From NCBI GenBank assembly GCA_038326655.1, contig JBBQKG010000013.1, forward strand, positions 8,394-72,393: a DNA stretch of 64,000 nt, given 5' to 3'. Made by a program: the position numbers and the translations under genes. Below the pieces are notes generated by a model that saw only the letters and a program-made list of their open reading frames with translations, ran no database searches and was not told where the DNA came from. The DNA is from Solirubrobacterales bacterium. GTDB lineage: Bacteria > Actinomycetota > Thermoleophilia > Solirubrobacterales > JBBDJG01. This document shows positions 40,108 to 49,069 of the stretch, in pieces (position 1 is the first letter of the stretch; every line of letters starts with the position of its first letter).

Positions 40108-40545
40108 GCCCATCGAGTGGTGCGGCGCCCGCCGCCGCTCGGTCGGACTCCCCGGGTTGAAGATCTGAAAGCCCCCCCGCTGCTCGTGCAGCGGCAGGTG
40201 CGAGTGCCCGAACACGACCGCGCGGGCCTCCGGAAAGCGCAGCCGCATCCGCTCGAGCCGCCGGGTGCGCGGCCCCGCGTCGTGGACGACGGCGAGCTTG
40301 GGGCCGCCGGCGTCGATCACTCGCTCCGCCGGTAGCCGGCGGCGCAGCTCCGGGGCGTCGACGTTCCCGAGCACCGCCGCGACCGGAGGCCCGATCGCCT
40401 CGACCTCGGCAAGCGCGGCCTCGGTCATGACGTCTCCCGCATGCACGATCAGGTCGCACGTCGCGAGCCGCTCGACGCACGCGGGTGGGAGCGCGCGCCG
40501 GCCCGTGCCGGTCATGTGGGTGTCGGCGATCAGGCCCAGGAGCAT
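40057..40545 (-). CDS. metallophosphoesterase family protein (YfcE/MJ0936-like)
   Basis: 162 aa with ADTH, HAGD, GNVD and GHSH motifs. It is the C-terminal part of a longer noisy track ORF, and ATG 40545 was verified by position. Confidence 0.85.
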   Translation of the reverse strand: MLLGLIADTHMTGTGRRALPPACVERLATCDLIVHAGDVMTEAALAEVEAIGPPVAAVLGNVDAPELRRRLPAERVIDAGGPKLAVVHDAGPRTRRLERMRLRFPEARAVVFGHSHLPLHEQRGGFQIFNPGSPTERRRAPHHSMGLARVEHGALVFELVTL

Positions 40546-40556
40546 CGGGACTTCGT

Positions 40557-41981
40557 CTAAGCGGGCTGGCGGGCGCGTGGCGCCGGGCGGTCGTCCGGCT
40601 CGGCGCTTCCGATCGGCACCGCCGGGATCCGCAGCCTGAGCAGCGCACCCTCGCCCTCGGCGCTCTCCGCGACGACGTCGCCGCCGTGGGACGCCGCCAC
40701 CATGCGGACGATCGCGAGGCCGAGGCCCGAGCCCGGCAGGCTGCGGGCGGTCGGCGCGCGGTAGAAGCGGTCGAACACGAACGGCAGGTCGGAGTCGTCG
40801 ATCCCCGGGCCGTGGTCGCGCACGGTCACCTCGCCGTCGCGCACCGTGACCTCGATCTCCCCGTCGGTCTCGCTCCACTTCGCCGCGTTGTCGAGCAGGT
40901 TCGTGACGGCGCGGTCGAGCCGGGCGTAGACCCCGACCACGAGGGTTGGGTGCAGCTCGGTCTCGAAGCGCTTGTCGGGCCCGCGACGGCGCGCCCTTTC
41001 GACGGCGTCCCGGACCAGCAGGTCGAGTCGAACGTCCTGGGTGACCTCGGCCGGCTCGTCGCCGCGCGCGAGGTCGACCAGGTCCGTGACCAGCACCGTC
41101 AGCTCGTCGAGCTGTGCGACCACGTCGTGGAGCAGCCGCGTGCGGTCGTCGGGAGAGAGCGCGTGTGCCTCGCCGAGCACCTCCACGTTCGTGCGCAGGC
41201 TGGTGAGCGGCGTGCGCAGCTCGTGGGACGCATCCGCGACCAGCTGGCGCTGCGCGCGCTGCGACTCGTCGAGGGCCTCGAGCATCGTGTTGAAGCTCGT
41301 CCCGAGGCGGCTCAGCTCGTCCGTTCCGTCGGTGTCGATGCGGCGGCTGAGGTCGCGTGTGCGCGCGACGTGCTCGGCTGCCGCAGTCAGCGTCCGAACC
41401 GGTCGAAGCGCAGCCCGCGCGACAAGCCATCCGAGCCAGACCGCGATTGCGATGCCGCCGAAGCTCACGAGCAGGAGTGCCAGCGTGAGGCGGCCGAGCG
41501 TGCGGTCGACCTGCTCGAGCGTCGTCACGCCCTGGACCGCCTCGCCACCCTGGAGCTGGGAGGTGTAGACCCGTGCGTGGACGCCCCCGATCGTCGCGTC
41601 GCGGAAGAACGCCGGGCGGTCTCCCGACGCGACCTCAAGCGTCTGCTGGTCCGTGGGCAGGCTGACATGCGCTTCGCGTGGCTGGATCACCGTGCCGTCG
41701 AGGCGCACGATCTGCGCATAGCCCTCGGCCCCTCCGAGCGGAGTTGGCGGCAACACCAGCACGCTGCGGCCCGTGAGCGGGTCGGACACCTCGCTCGGAG
41801 GCCGGACCTCGGAGACGAGGTTCCGGAGCTGGTCGTCGACCTGGCCCCGAAGCTGGTTGCGCACGACGAGATAGACGATCCCCGACGAGACGATCACCGC
41901 GACTGCCACGGCCGTGGCAGCCAGCAGCACGAGCCGGTCGCGGAACGACATCAGGTGGATGCGCCTGCGAAGTGAGCTCAT
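40557..41981 (-). CDS. sensor histidine kinase (HAMP-HisKA-HATPase, MprB/MtrB-like)
   Basis: Two TM helices, HAMP, H-box [12 protein letters not shown]-box [10 protein letters not shown]-boxes DHGPGI and [11 protein letters not shown] 41981 overlaps the regulator stop (ATGA). Confidence 0.9.
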   Translation of the reverse strand: MSSLRRRIHLMSFRDRLVLLAATAVAVAVIVSSGIVYLVVRNQLRGQVDDQLRNLVSEVRPPSEVSDPLTGRSVLVLPPTPLGGAEGYAQIVRLDGTVIQPREAHVSLPTDQQTLEVASGDRPAFFRDATIGGVHARVYTSQLQGGEAVQGVTTLEQVDRTLGRLTLALLLVSFGGIAIAVWLGWLVARAALRPVRTLTAAAEHVARTRDLSRRIDTDGTDELSRLGTSFNTMLEALDESQRAQRQLVADASHELRTPLTSLRTNVEVLGEAHALSPDDRTRLLHDVVAQLDELTVLVTDLVDLARGDEPAEVTQDVRLDLLVRDAVERARRRGPDKRFETELHPTLVVGVYARLDRAVTNLLDNAAKWSETDGEIEVTVRDGEVTVRDHGPGIDDSDLPFVFDRFYRAPTARSLPGSGLGLAIVRMVAASHGGDVVAESAEGEGALLRLRIPAVPIGSAEPDDRPAPRARQPA

Positions 41982-42655
41982 TCGCGCTCGCGCAGGACGT
42001 ACCCGACGCCGCGTACCGTGTGCAGCAGGCGTGGCTCTCCGCCCGCCTCGAGCTTCCGCCGAAGGTAGCTGACGTAGACCTCGAGCGAGTTCGAGTCGGG
42101 CCCGAAGTCATAGCCCCACACTCGCTCGAAGATCACGGAGCGTGTCAGGACCTGTCGCGGATGAAGCATGAACAGCTCGAGCAGCGAGAACTCGGTGCGC
42201 GTCAGCTCGATCTCGCGGCCGCCGCGCTTCACCTGGTGAGCGACCGGGTCGAGGAAGAGATCGGAGAAGCGAAAGACCTGTCCGGGCGCGCCCGCCCCGG
42301 AGCGCCGAAGCAGCGCGCGCAGCCGTGCCAGCAACTCGTCGAGCGCGAAGGGCTTCACGAGGTAGTCGTCCGCGCCGGCGTCGAGGCCCTTCACGCGGTC
42401 CGAGACCCCGTCGCGTGCGGTCAGCACGAGCACGGGCGTACGGTCACCCGCGGCGCGCATCCGCCGGCAGACCTCGAGGCCGTCGACGCGCGGCATCATG
42501 ACGTCGAGCACGAGGGCGTCCGGGCTGTCCTCCGCGAGCGCCTCGAGCGCCGCCTGGCCGTCTGCGGCAAGCTCCACTTTGTAGCCCTCGAGCCTCAGGG
42601 CGCGGTCGAGCGAGTCGCGAACCGCCGGCTCGTCGTCGACAACCAGGATCTCCAT
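41978..42655 (-). CDS. OmpR/PhoB-family response regulator
   Basis: Receiver domain ([23 protein letters not shown]) plus a winged-helix domain ([10 protein letters not shown]...VRGVGY). ATG 42655 preferred. Confidence 0.9.
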   Translation of the reverse strand: MEILVVDDEPAVRDSLDRALRLEGYKVELAADGQAALEALAEDSPDALVLDVMMPRVDGLEVCRRMRAAGDRTPVLVLTARDGVSDRVKGLDAGADDYLVKPFALDELLARLRALLRRSGAGAPGQVFRFSDLFLDPVAHQVKRGGREIELTRTEFSLLELFMLHPRQVLTRSVIFERVWGYDFGPDSNSLEVYVSYLRRKLEAGGEPRLLHTVRGVGYVLRERE

Positions 42656-42781
42656 GTCCCAAGTGTGACGGGGTTTCCTGAAAGAAGGCCTAAGAATCGT
42701 CCGCGGGCGGCACTCGGACATGCGTCCAGCGGAGAGGATCGCGTGTTTCGGGAGTGCCGGAGATTGTGATAACTGCTACAG

Positions 42782-43876
42782 ATGACTGCCCGGTCCCGCC
42801 TCCCGCTCGCTGTCATCTCGCTTGCCGCGCTGCTTGTCGCATCGCCTGTCGCCGGTGCCGCGGGGCCGCTGCCGGACCTGCCGGCGAGTGCCGCGCTGCT
42901 CGACGTGCCGACCGTCACCGTCACGCCCGGCGGCAGCGGCGGCGCGACGGTCGACCTGGGCGCGGGCGACACGGCGCTGAAGGTCGGCGCCGGCCCCGGA
43001 GGGCTGACCGTCGGCACGCGGTCGCGGGGCTCGAAGCCCGGGGCAGGCCCCGTCGACACCATGCCCGTGAGCACGCCTGGCGACCAGCGGGGACGATCGG
43101 GGAAAGCGACCGCCGGGGCCGGCGCGGTCGTGTTCGGCGCGCCCTCGACAGGCGGCCGCGCCGTGCGCCTCGACGGACGGCACGCCGGCTCGAGGACGGG
43201 CAGCACGAGCGGGCCAGCGAACCGTCACAACGCGCGCTTCGGCACAGTCAGTCCGGGCGGTCGGGAGAACAGTCGCCTGGCGCCCTTCATCGAGTTCATC
43301 GACGGCGTCCCGATGACGGTCTGGGTTGGCGTCGGATTGCTCGGCCTGATCGCCTTTGCGACCTGGACGGCGTGGGTCCGCGCGCGGCGGCGGCTCGCTC
43401 AGAACGCCTTTGTCGATCCGGTCACCGGAATTGCCAACGCGGCCGCCTTCGAGGGCCTGCTGGACCGCGAGCTCGAGCGCGCGAAGCGCTACAAGCGCCC
43501 GCTCGCGTTGATCCTGCTGGACGTCGGGGCCGCCGAGCATCCCGGCCTGCTTCCGCTGCGCGACCAGACCGCCAGGGAGGTCGCGTCGGCGATCCGTGGC
43601 CGGATCCGCGAGGGCGACACGATCGTGCGCCTCGGCTCGTCGCGGTTCGCCGTGATCTCGCCGGAGGCGACGGCCTCCTCGGCGAAGACGCTGGCGCGGG
43701 CACTCGAGCTCCGGCTCGAGCAGCTGCGCGTGCACGTGGGGGTCGGGACCGCCGAGCGACAGCCAACCGACTTTGGGCCCGGGGACCTGGCCGCGCGGGC
43801 CGAGGCCGACCTCACCCAGTCCAGTTCGCCGGCCGGCGAGCGCGCGCGCCTGCGGCCGGCCCTGCGGGCCGCCTGA
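42782..43876 (+). CDS. membrane-anchored protein with degenerate GGDEF domain
   Basis: Signal/anchor, Gly/Ser/Thr-rich exported region, one TM helix, then DPVTGIANAAAF...LILLDV...IVRLGSSRFAVI. GSSRF stands in place of GGDEF. Confidence 0.7.
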   Translation: MTARSRLPLAVISLAALLVASPVAGAAGPLPDLPASAALLDVPTVTVTPGGSGGATVDLGAGDTALKVGAGPGGLTVGTRSRGSKPGAGPVDTMPVSTPGDQRGRSGKATAGAGAVVFGAPSTGGRAVRLDGRHAGSRTGSTSGPANRHNARFGTVSPGGRENSRLAPFIEFIDGVPMTVWVGVGLLGLIAFATWTAWVRARRRLAQNAFVDPVTGIANAAAFEGLLDRELERAKRYKRPLALILLDVGAAEHPGLLPLRDQTAREVASAIRGRIREGDTIVRLGSSRFAVISPEATASSAKTLARALELRLEQLRVHVGVGTAERQPTDFGPGDLAARAEADLTQSSSPAGERARLRPALRAA

Positions 43877-43881
43877 CCGGA

Positions 43882-44601
43882 TCAGGCGCGCGTCGCGAAC
43901 AGCCGGGGGTCGTTCGTGATCACACCCGTGACGCCGAGCTGCTCGAGCTCGCGGATGCGCGGCGCCTGGTCGACGGTCCAGACGTAGAGCTCGCCGCCGG
44001 CCCCCTCGATCGAGGCCAGGAGCGACCGTGTCACGAGCCGCCAGTGCGCCATCACGGCGTCGCACAGCCCGGCGCGGATCGCGGCCGCCGCCCGGCGCGG
44101 CAGCGTCCGCCGCATCACCCCCAGGGCCGCAAGCGCCGGGCCCGCCCACAGCAGGGAGCTCGTGTAGTCGCGCCGGGCGCGTGGGACCGACCACGCCAGG
44201 CGCAGCGACGGGTCGGCCGCGCGGAGCCGGGCGAGGCTCTGGCGGTAGGTGGTGGAGACCATCGAGCGCTCCTTGATGCCCGCCCGCTCGAGCGCCTCCA
44301 CGACGCGCGTTTCGTAGCCGGGCAGCTTCAGGTCGATGATGAAGTCGATCGCCTCGAACGGCGCCGAGGCGAGATGGTCGAAGCCCTCGTCGATCGTGAG
44401 CGGCACCCGCTCGCCGGCGTCCTCGTAGTCGTGGGCGAGGATCAGCGGCCCGTGCGCGGACCCGACCGGCTCGCCCGGCACGTGCGCGGGCAGCACGTCC
44501 AGCTCGATCATGTCGACGCCGTGCGTGATCGCGGCGTCGAAGCTCGCGATCGTGTTGCCCGGCTCGATCAGGTCCGCTCCCTTGTGGCCCACGCGCCTCA
44601 C
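43882..44601 (-). CDS. glycerophosphodiester phosphodiesterase family protein
   Basis: VGHKGA...NT..SF..A...G.DMIELDV N-terminus and C-terminal WTVD...GVTGVITNDP. GTG start. Confidence 0.8.
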   Translation of the reverse strand: MRRVGHKGADLIEPGNTIASFDAAITHGVDMIELDVLPAHVPGEPVGSAHGPLILAHDYEDAGERVPLTIDEGFDHLASAPFEAIDFIIDLKLPGYETRVVEALERAGIKERSMVSTTYRQSLARLRAADPSLRLAWSVPRARRDYTSSLLWAGPALAALGVMRRTLPRRAAAAIRAGLCDAVMAHWRLVTRSLLASIEGAGGELYVWTVDQAPRIRELEQLGVTGVITNDPRLFATRA

Positions 44602-44627
44602 CGTGTCAATGATCTACGATCGCGCAC

Positions 44628-45008
44628 ATGTCCGAGCTGATCCACACCTGTTACCGCATCACCGACATCGACCGCTCGGTCGCGTTCTACAACACGCTGG
44701 GCTTCGAGGAGATGGGCCGCATCCCGATTCGGGACGAGGCCGTCAACGTCTTCATGAACCTCCCGGGCGACGGCGAGAAACCGCGGCTTGAGCTGACCCA
44801 CAACTTCGGCGTCGACTCCTACGACATCGGCACCGGGTACGGCCACATCGCGATCACGGCTGACGACCTGGACGCGACGCTGGGACAGCTCGCCGAGCAG
44901 GGAATCGAGCCCGAGAAGCCTCCCTACAGCGTTCGCGAGGGCGGCTCGCGCCTGTGCTTCGTGCGTGATCCGGATGGATATCGCATCGAATTAATAGAGA
45001 AGCCGTAA
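44628..45008 (+). CDS. gloA: lactoylglutathione lyase (glyoxalase I)
   Basis: 126 aa: HTCYRITDIDRSVAFY...LELTHNFG...YGHIAI...FVRDPDGYRIELIEKP. The last ~10 codons use A/T-ending codons (gga tat ... gaa tta ata), unlike the rest of the gene. Confidence 0.9.
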   Translation: MSELIHTCYRITDIDRSVAFYNTLGFEEMGRIPIRDEAVNVFMNLPGDGEKPRLELTHNFGVDSYDIGTGYGHIAITADDLDATLGQLAEQGIEPEKPPYSVREGGSRLCFVRDPDGYRIELIEKP

Positions 45009-45154
45009 GTCCCGGCCCATCCACAGGGCGCGATCCTATTACTCGACTCAAGTACGTCGACCCCAACCGCCCGCGCAGCCGCTTCAGCCGCGCATATGCC
45101 GCGTTTTCCAGCACCCGCCTGGGAAGGTTCATCTCGGCCAACGTCGCTTGGAAG

Positions 45155-45556
45155 GTGGATCCATATCTGTTGCGGGCAACCCGCGGCCGCGTCGGAATGG
45201 GCCTCGTCCTCCCCACCGCCCTGCTCGAAACCCGGGGCGCGAAGAGCGGCGCGGTGCGACGCAACGCGGTTATCTACTTCCACGACGAGGACCGAGTCAC
45301 GATCATCGCCTCGAAGGCTGGCCATGAGAAACACCCGGCCTGGTTTCACAATCTTCGGGCCCATCCCGACATCACGTTCGGTGGCATCCCCATGCGGGCG
45401 ACAGTGGTTAGCGACGAAAATGAATGCCACCGGCTCTGGACGCTCGCCGACCGGGTCTTCGCGCCCTACGCGACCTACCGTCGAGACGCGGCGAAGGCGA
45501 ACCGGACGATCCCGATTGTCCAACTCACCGCGCGCGAGTCAGACGCCGTCGAGTAG
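45155..45556 (+). CDS. nitroreductase-family deazaflavin (F420)-dependent oxidoreductase (PF04075-like)
   Basis: LLETRGAKSG..RRN.VIYFHDEDRVTIIASKAG..KHPAWFHNLRAHPD...RLW...DRVF..Y..YR....RTIPIVQL. The coordinates run from the first canonical start (GTG 45155). The same frame is open and family-like back to about 45038 (see findings). Confidence 0.75.
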   Translation: MDPYLLRATRGRVGMGLVLPTALLETRGAKSGAVRRNAVIYFHDEDRVTIIASKAGHEKHPAWFHNLRAHPDITFGGIPMRATVVSDENECHRLWTLADRVFAPYATYRRDAAKANRTIPIVQLTARESDAVE

Positions 45557-45634
45557 CCGTTCCTCTCACTCACCAAGGTCGCGGCAAGAACGTGAACACC
45601 GCGACGGTCGGCGGGCGCCACGCCACGCCAACCC

Positions 45635-45682
45635 GATGGCTACGGGATCGAGCTGATCGAAAAGCCCGGCGGGCGAAGCTAG
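45635..45682 (+). pseudogene. displaced 3'-end remnant of a glyoxalase I gene
   Basis: It reads DGYGIELIEKPGGRS* with G/C-ending codons. Ten of the 11 residues DGY-IELIEKP are identical to the end of gloA at 44973-45005. There is no upstream gene body. Confidence 0.5.
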
Positions 45683-46485
45683 CTCCCCCGCAGCCCGCCG
45701 GCTTCCTGGGCTTCCTCGGGATCTCGATATGACCGGAAGTGAACGACCTTTCCGTCTCGGAACGTCCAGAGGTAAGCGACCGGCCCTTCGAACTCGATGC
45801 CTGTGTGCCGCGCCTTCGCTCTTACCCGGTGGATCGAGACAAGGCGGTCGCCCGCGCCGACGATTCGCTCCAGAGCAATCGTGAGCGCTGCATAAGGCTC
45901 GATCCAGCGTTCCGTTGCGCGGGCCACACCCTCGAGACCACGGTACGTCTCGCCGATATGGTCGGGCAGCGTCGTGTCCTCATAGGTGACCCCCGCATCG
46001 AAGAGAGACACGTCGTCGTCGCCCCGGTTCCATGCCTCGAGGGATGCTCGAATGTCCCATGTCTCCAAAAACGCTCGAAGGTTCTCGATGTTCTCCGTGG
46101 ACATCGCCCTCAGGGCCTCGTCCTGGTCCGCGTGGGCGTCCATGCGGACGGCCTGCCCGTCCTCCATCGTCCAGAGATGTGCGAGCGGGAGCTGAACCTC
46201 GATCCCGTCGCGACCCCGGGCGTGGAAGTGAACGAGGGCTACGATCCGCGACCCCCTGTCGACGAACCTGTCGGGCGCGACCGAAAGCACTTCCCACGGC
46301 TCGGTGAACTGCTCGAAGAACCGGCGCACGCCTGCATGTCCCCGGTACACCGGCTCCAGGTCCGGAAAGACGCCGGAGAGGTGGAATTCGATCTCCGGCG
46401 AGACACCATCGAAGTAGGCATCGACGTCACCCCGGTTCGCCGCCTCGTATAGCTTCCGCAGGCGTTCAACGTCTTTCTGCGACAT
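45679..46485 (-). CDS. tandem NTF2/SnoaL-like domain protein
   Basis: 268 aa made of two ~130-aa repeats of the SnoaL-like pattern (LYEAANRGDVDAYF... and FLETWD...). GGAGGGG precedes ATG 46485. Confidence 0.75.
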   Translation of the reverse strand: MSQKDVERLRKLYEAANRGDVDAYFDGVSPEIEFHLSGVFPDLEPVYRGHAGVRRFFEQFTEPWEVLSVAPDRFVDRGSRIVALVHFHARGRDGIEVQLPLAHLWTMEDGQAVRMDAHADQDEALRAMSTENIENLRAFLETWDIRASLEAWNRGDDDVSLFDAGVTYEDTTLPDHIGETYRGLEGVARATERWIEPYAALTIALERIVGAGDRLVSIHRVRAKARHTGIEFEGPVAYLWTFRDGKVVHFRSYRDPEEAQEAGGLRGS

Positions 46486-46598
46486 CGCCCCTCCAGTATC
46501 CCGATTCCGCCGACGGCGGCCGACTGCGCCTCGCGCTGGCCTTCCTGCTCGGCGCTTCCCTCGGCACCGCGCTCGACGCGATCCATGCCTACGGTGAC

Positions 46599-47069
46599 GT
46601 GGAGACGTACTCCGATGCCGTGCTCGGGCGGCTGGGCTGGTTCGTGCCGCTCGAGTTCGGCCTCGCCGGAGTCGTGTCGGTGCTCGCGATCCCGCAGATC
46701 GAGCGAGTCTTTCGCGCCGCGCCGAAGCGCGACTGGACCGCCTGGGAGCGTGGCCGCGAGCTGCCGCTGCTGGCCGGCCTGTACCTGACCAGCGTCGGGG
46801 CGAACGGGCCCTACAACGGCGTGTTCGCCGTGGCAGTGCTGGTGATCGTCGCCGCGCGGCTCGTGTTCGTACCCGTTCGCGGCGACTGGGCCTTTGCGCT
46901 CGTGGCCGCGATCGCGGGGCCCGCGGCGGAGGCGGCGATCCATGCGCTCGGCGCGTTCGACTACACGGAGCCGGACCTGCTCGGGCTGCCGGTCTGGCTG
47001 CCGGCGCTCTGGGCCGCCGGCGGCCTTGCGATCAGGCGCCTGTTCGGCCCTCTAGCCGCCGTCCCATAG
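46599..47069 (+). CDS. hypothetical membrane protein (true start probably upstream, possibly CTG 46524)
   Basis: 156 aa from GTG 46599 with 3-4 TM helices. The same frame upstream encodes another TM-like helix (LRLALAFLLGASLGTALDAIHAYGD) with G/C-ending codons and no ATG/GTG/TTG. Confidence 0.55.
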   Translation: METYSDAVLGRLGWFVPLEFGLAGVVSVLAIPQIERVFRAAPKRDWTAWERGRELPLLAGLYLTSVGANGPYNGVFAVAVLVIVAARLVFVPVRGDWAFALVAAIAGPAAEAAIHALGAFDYTEPDLLGLPVWLPALWAAGGLAIRRLFGPLAAVP

Positions 47070-48563
47070 GCGCACCAGGCCGCCCAGCGCGCCCACGTAC
47101 GCGCTCCCGTCAGGCCCCATCGAGACCGGCGCGTAGTTGTTGTTGAACCCGAGTCCCGTGCCGGCCAGCCGCTTCCAGACGGTCATCCCGGTGCGGAAGT
47201 CGATCGCGGTGAAGTACCAGGCGTCCGTCCCGTCGGCCGTGGGCGGCTTGGTGTAGGTGTAGAGGAGGCCGTTCGCAAGCGACAGCTTCGGGACCACCGA
47301 GGGCGCACGCTCGTCGCTGTGCCAGACCGTGCGGCAGCCGGAGCCGGTGTCGGCCAGGTCGACCCGCTCTATCCCCGGCGTGGTCGTCGCGCCCTGCTCC
47401 GTCGCGGTCAGGCCGCTGTAGCCGTAGTTGTTCTCCACGATCAGCGAGCGGCCCGTCCCCACCAGCGACTGGTCGGTGTCGCCCGCGCCCTGGTTGAAGA
47501 CCGGCTGGGTGCAGACCCTCCGATCGCCTGTGACCACGCGCGATCGCTTGTAGACCACCACGTCCATCGGGTCGGCGTTGTCGGTGATCGCCACGTACGC
47601 CGAGCCCATCAGCGTCGGCGTCGTGCCTGAGCCGGCTTTGGTCTGACCCGGCTTCTTGACGCCGGTGTTGGCGTACGGCGCACGCCATGTCACGGAAGGC
47701 CCGCCGGATGCATCGGCATCGAATCTATAGAGCGCGCCGTCGGAGACGATGAAGACACCTCCCGTCTCGTCGACCGCGAACGAGTTCCCGATCTTCTCGC
47801 CCAGGGCGAGCGAGCGCACCTGTCCGCTTGCCGGGTCGAGCGTGCCCACGACGCCGGCGCCGGAAACGAACCAGATCCGTCCTGTCCAGTCGGGGAGCGC
47901 CGAGACGATCGAGTCCCCGAGCGGCACCGCCCCGGTCAGGTCGTAGTCGCGCTCGAGGCGGAAGCCGGGCCCGAGCGGGCCGGCGGTCTCGCCGATCACC
48001 CAGATGTGGCGCGTGGTGGTCGAGATCACGGCGCGGTCGGCCTGGTCGAGGTAGAAGTAGCCGCCGCCGGAGAAGTCCGTGAAGGGGTTGCTTCCGCTCG
48101 TGCTCAGGATTCTCGGCGGCAGGTCGAAGGAGGCGAGCAAGTCGAGCGAGCCAGGGTCGAGCAGGACGAGCCGCGGATGGTCGAGCCCGACGCATACCGC
48201 CGCGATCCGTCCCGCCTGGTCGAAGGTGACCGACGCGCATTCGGAGCCCTGGAAGGTCGAGATGCGGCGGACGTCGCGCCCGAGCGGGCCCGGCCCGGTG
48301 TAGGTGTCGGTCATGTAGGCGTCGTCGTGGATGTTGCTGCGGCCATTGGCGGCCATGAACGGGTGGCGCGGCACGCTCGGCGCCTGGACGGCCTTGGGCT
48401 TTGCGGGGGCGCCGAGGAACGCGGGCACGCCCGCCACCTCGGGCCCCTCGGGGATCGGCTGCGCCGGCACGAGCGCATGCGCGGGTACCGCGCACGCGAA
48501 GCACGCCGCGATCGTCGCGGCCGGCGCCGCCAGCTGACGAAGTGTTCGAGCGATAACTCCCAC
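47052..48563 (-). CDS. secreted protein of unknown function (beta-propeller-like repeats)
   Basis: 503 aa with a signal peptide ending AVPAHA. Gly/Thr/Asp-rich beta-type sequence and strong G/C third-position bias. No family named. Confidence 0.7.
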   Translation of the reverse strand: MGVIARTLRQLAAPAATIAACFACAVPAHALVPAQPIPEGPEVAGVPAFLGAPAKPKAVQAPSVPRHPFMAANGRSNIHDDAYMTDTYTGPGPLGRDVRRISTFQGSECASVTFDQAGRIAAVCVGLDHPRLVLLDPGSLDLLASFDLPPRILSTSGSNPFTDFSGGGYFYLDQADRAVISTTTRHIWVIGETAGPLGPGFRLERDYDLTGAVPLGDSIVSALPDWTGRIWFVSGAGVVGTLDPASGQVRSLALGEKIGNSFAVDETGGVFIVSDGALYRFDADASGGPSVTWRAPYANTGVKKPGQTKAGSGTTPTLMGSAYVAITDNADPMDVVVYKRSRVVTGDRRVCTQPVFNQGAGDTDQSLVGTGRSLIVENNYGYSGLTATEQGATTTPGIERVDLADTGSGCRTVWHSDERAPSVVPKLSLANGLLYTYTKPPTADGTDAWYFTAIDFRTGMTVWKRLAGTGLGFNNNYAPVSMGPDGSAYVGALGGLVRLWDGG

Positions 48564-48610
48564 CAGCCCTCCCCAGGCCTGGTTCGGTGCCGAAATCTAG
48601 CGGTCGGGCG

Positions 48611-49015
48611 CTACTCGCGCAACCCCGCGAACTCGTGTGCCTCCTGGCGGTCGGTGAACGTCTGCCAGAAAGCGATCTGGCCCTCGCAGAATTCGACCAC
48701 CCAGGTCGCCGGCACGTCGAGCGCGACGCCGCTGTCACGCCCGCGCGCCTGCCACCGGCCATAGACCACGAGCCGGTCCCCGACCTTCCGGTAGTCGTCC
48801 GGGATCGTGTCGAACTGCTCCCAGTTCACGCGAATCTCGTTCTGGAACCAGTCGCGGATGCCCTCGTGTCCCCTGTAGCGCTTGCCCTCCATCGCGGCGC
48901 CGAACGGGATCGCGACCGCGTCCGCGCGGATGCGGGACAGCGCATCGCCGACGTCGTCGCGGTTGAACGCCGCCCAGGTCGCGGACACGACCTGAAACTC
49001 TGCTTGCGCGTCCAC
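48611..49015 (-). CDS. NTF2/SnoaL-like domain protein
   Basis: 134 aa from GTG 49015 (VDAQAEFQVVSATWAAFNRDD...WVVEFCEGQIAFWQTFTDRQEA). The start is uncertain, and the rest of track ORF 48611..49720 is noise. Confidence 0.6.
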   Translation of the reverse strand: MDAQAEFQVVSATWAAFNRDDVGDALSRIRADAVAIPFGAAMEGKRYRGHEGIRDWFQNEIRVNWEQFDTIPDDYRKVGDRLVVYGRWQARGRDSGVALDVPATWVVEFCEGQIAFWQTFTDRQEAHEFAGLRE

Positions 49016-49069
49016 GCCTGCAGTATCTCGCGGAAGGAGGGGCGTGCGTGGTGTCGAAACCGCCCGGCG

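Noticed and set aside
44969-45010. Programmed -1 frameshift fusing gloA to the downstream deazaflavin-oxidoreductase frame, which is open from 44969 and overlaps the last 13 gloA codons.
   Set aside because: I found no X-XXY-YYZ slippery heptamer or downstream pseudoknot-like structure in the overlap. A GloA-DDN fusion has no precedent that I know of.
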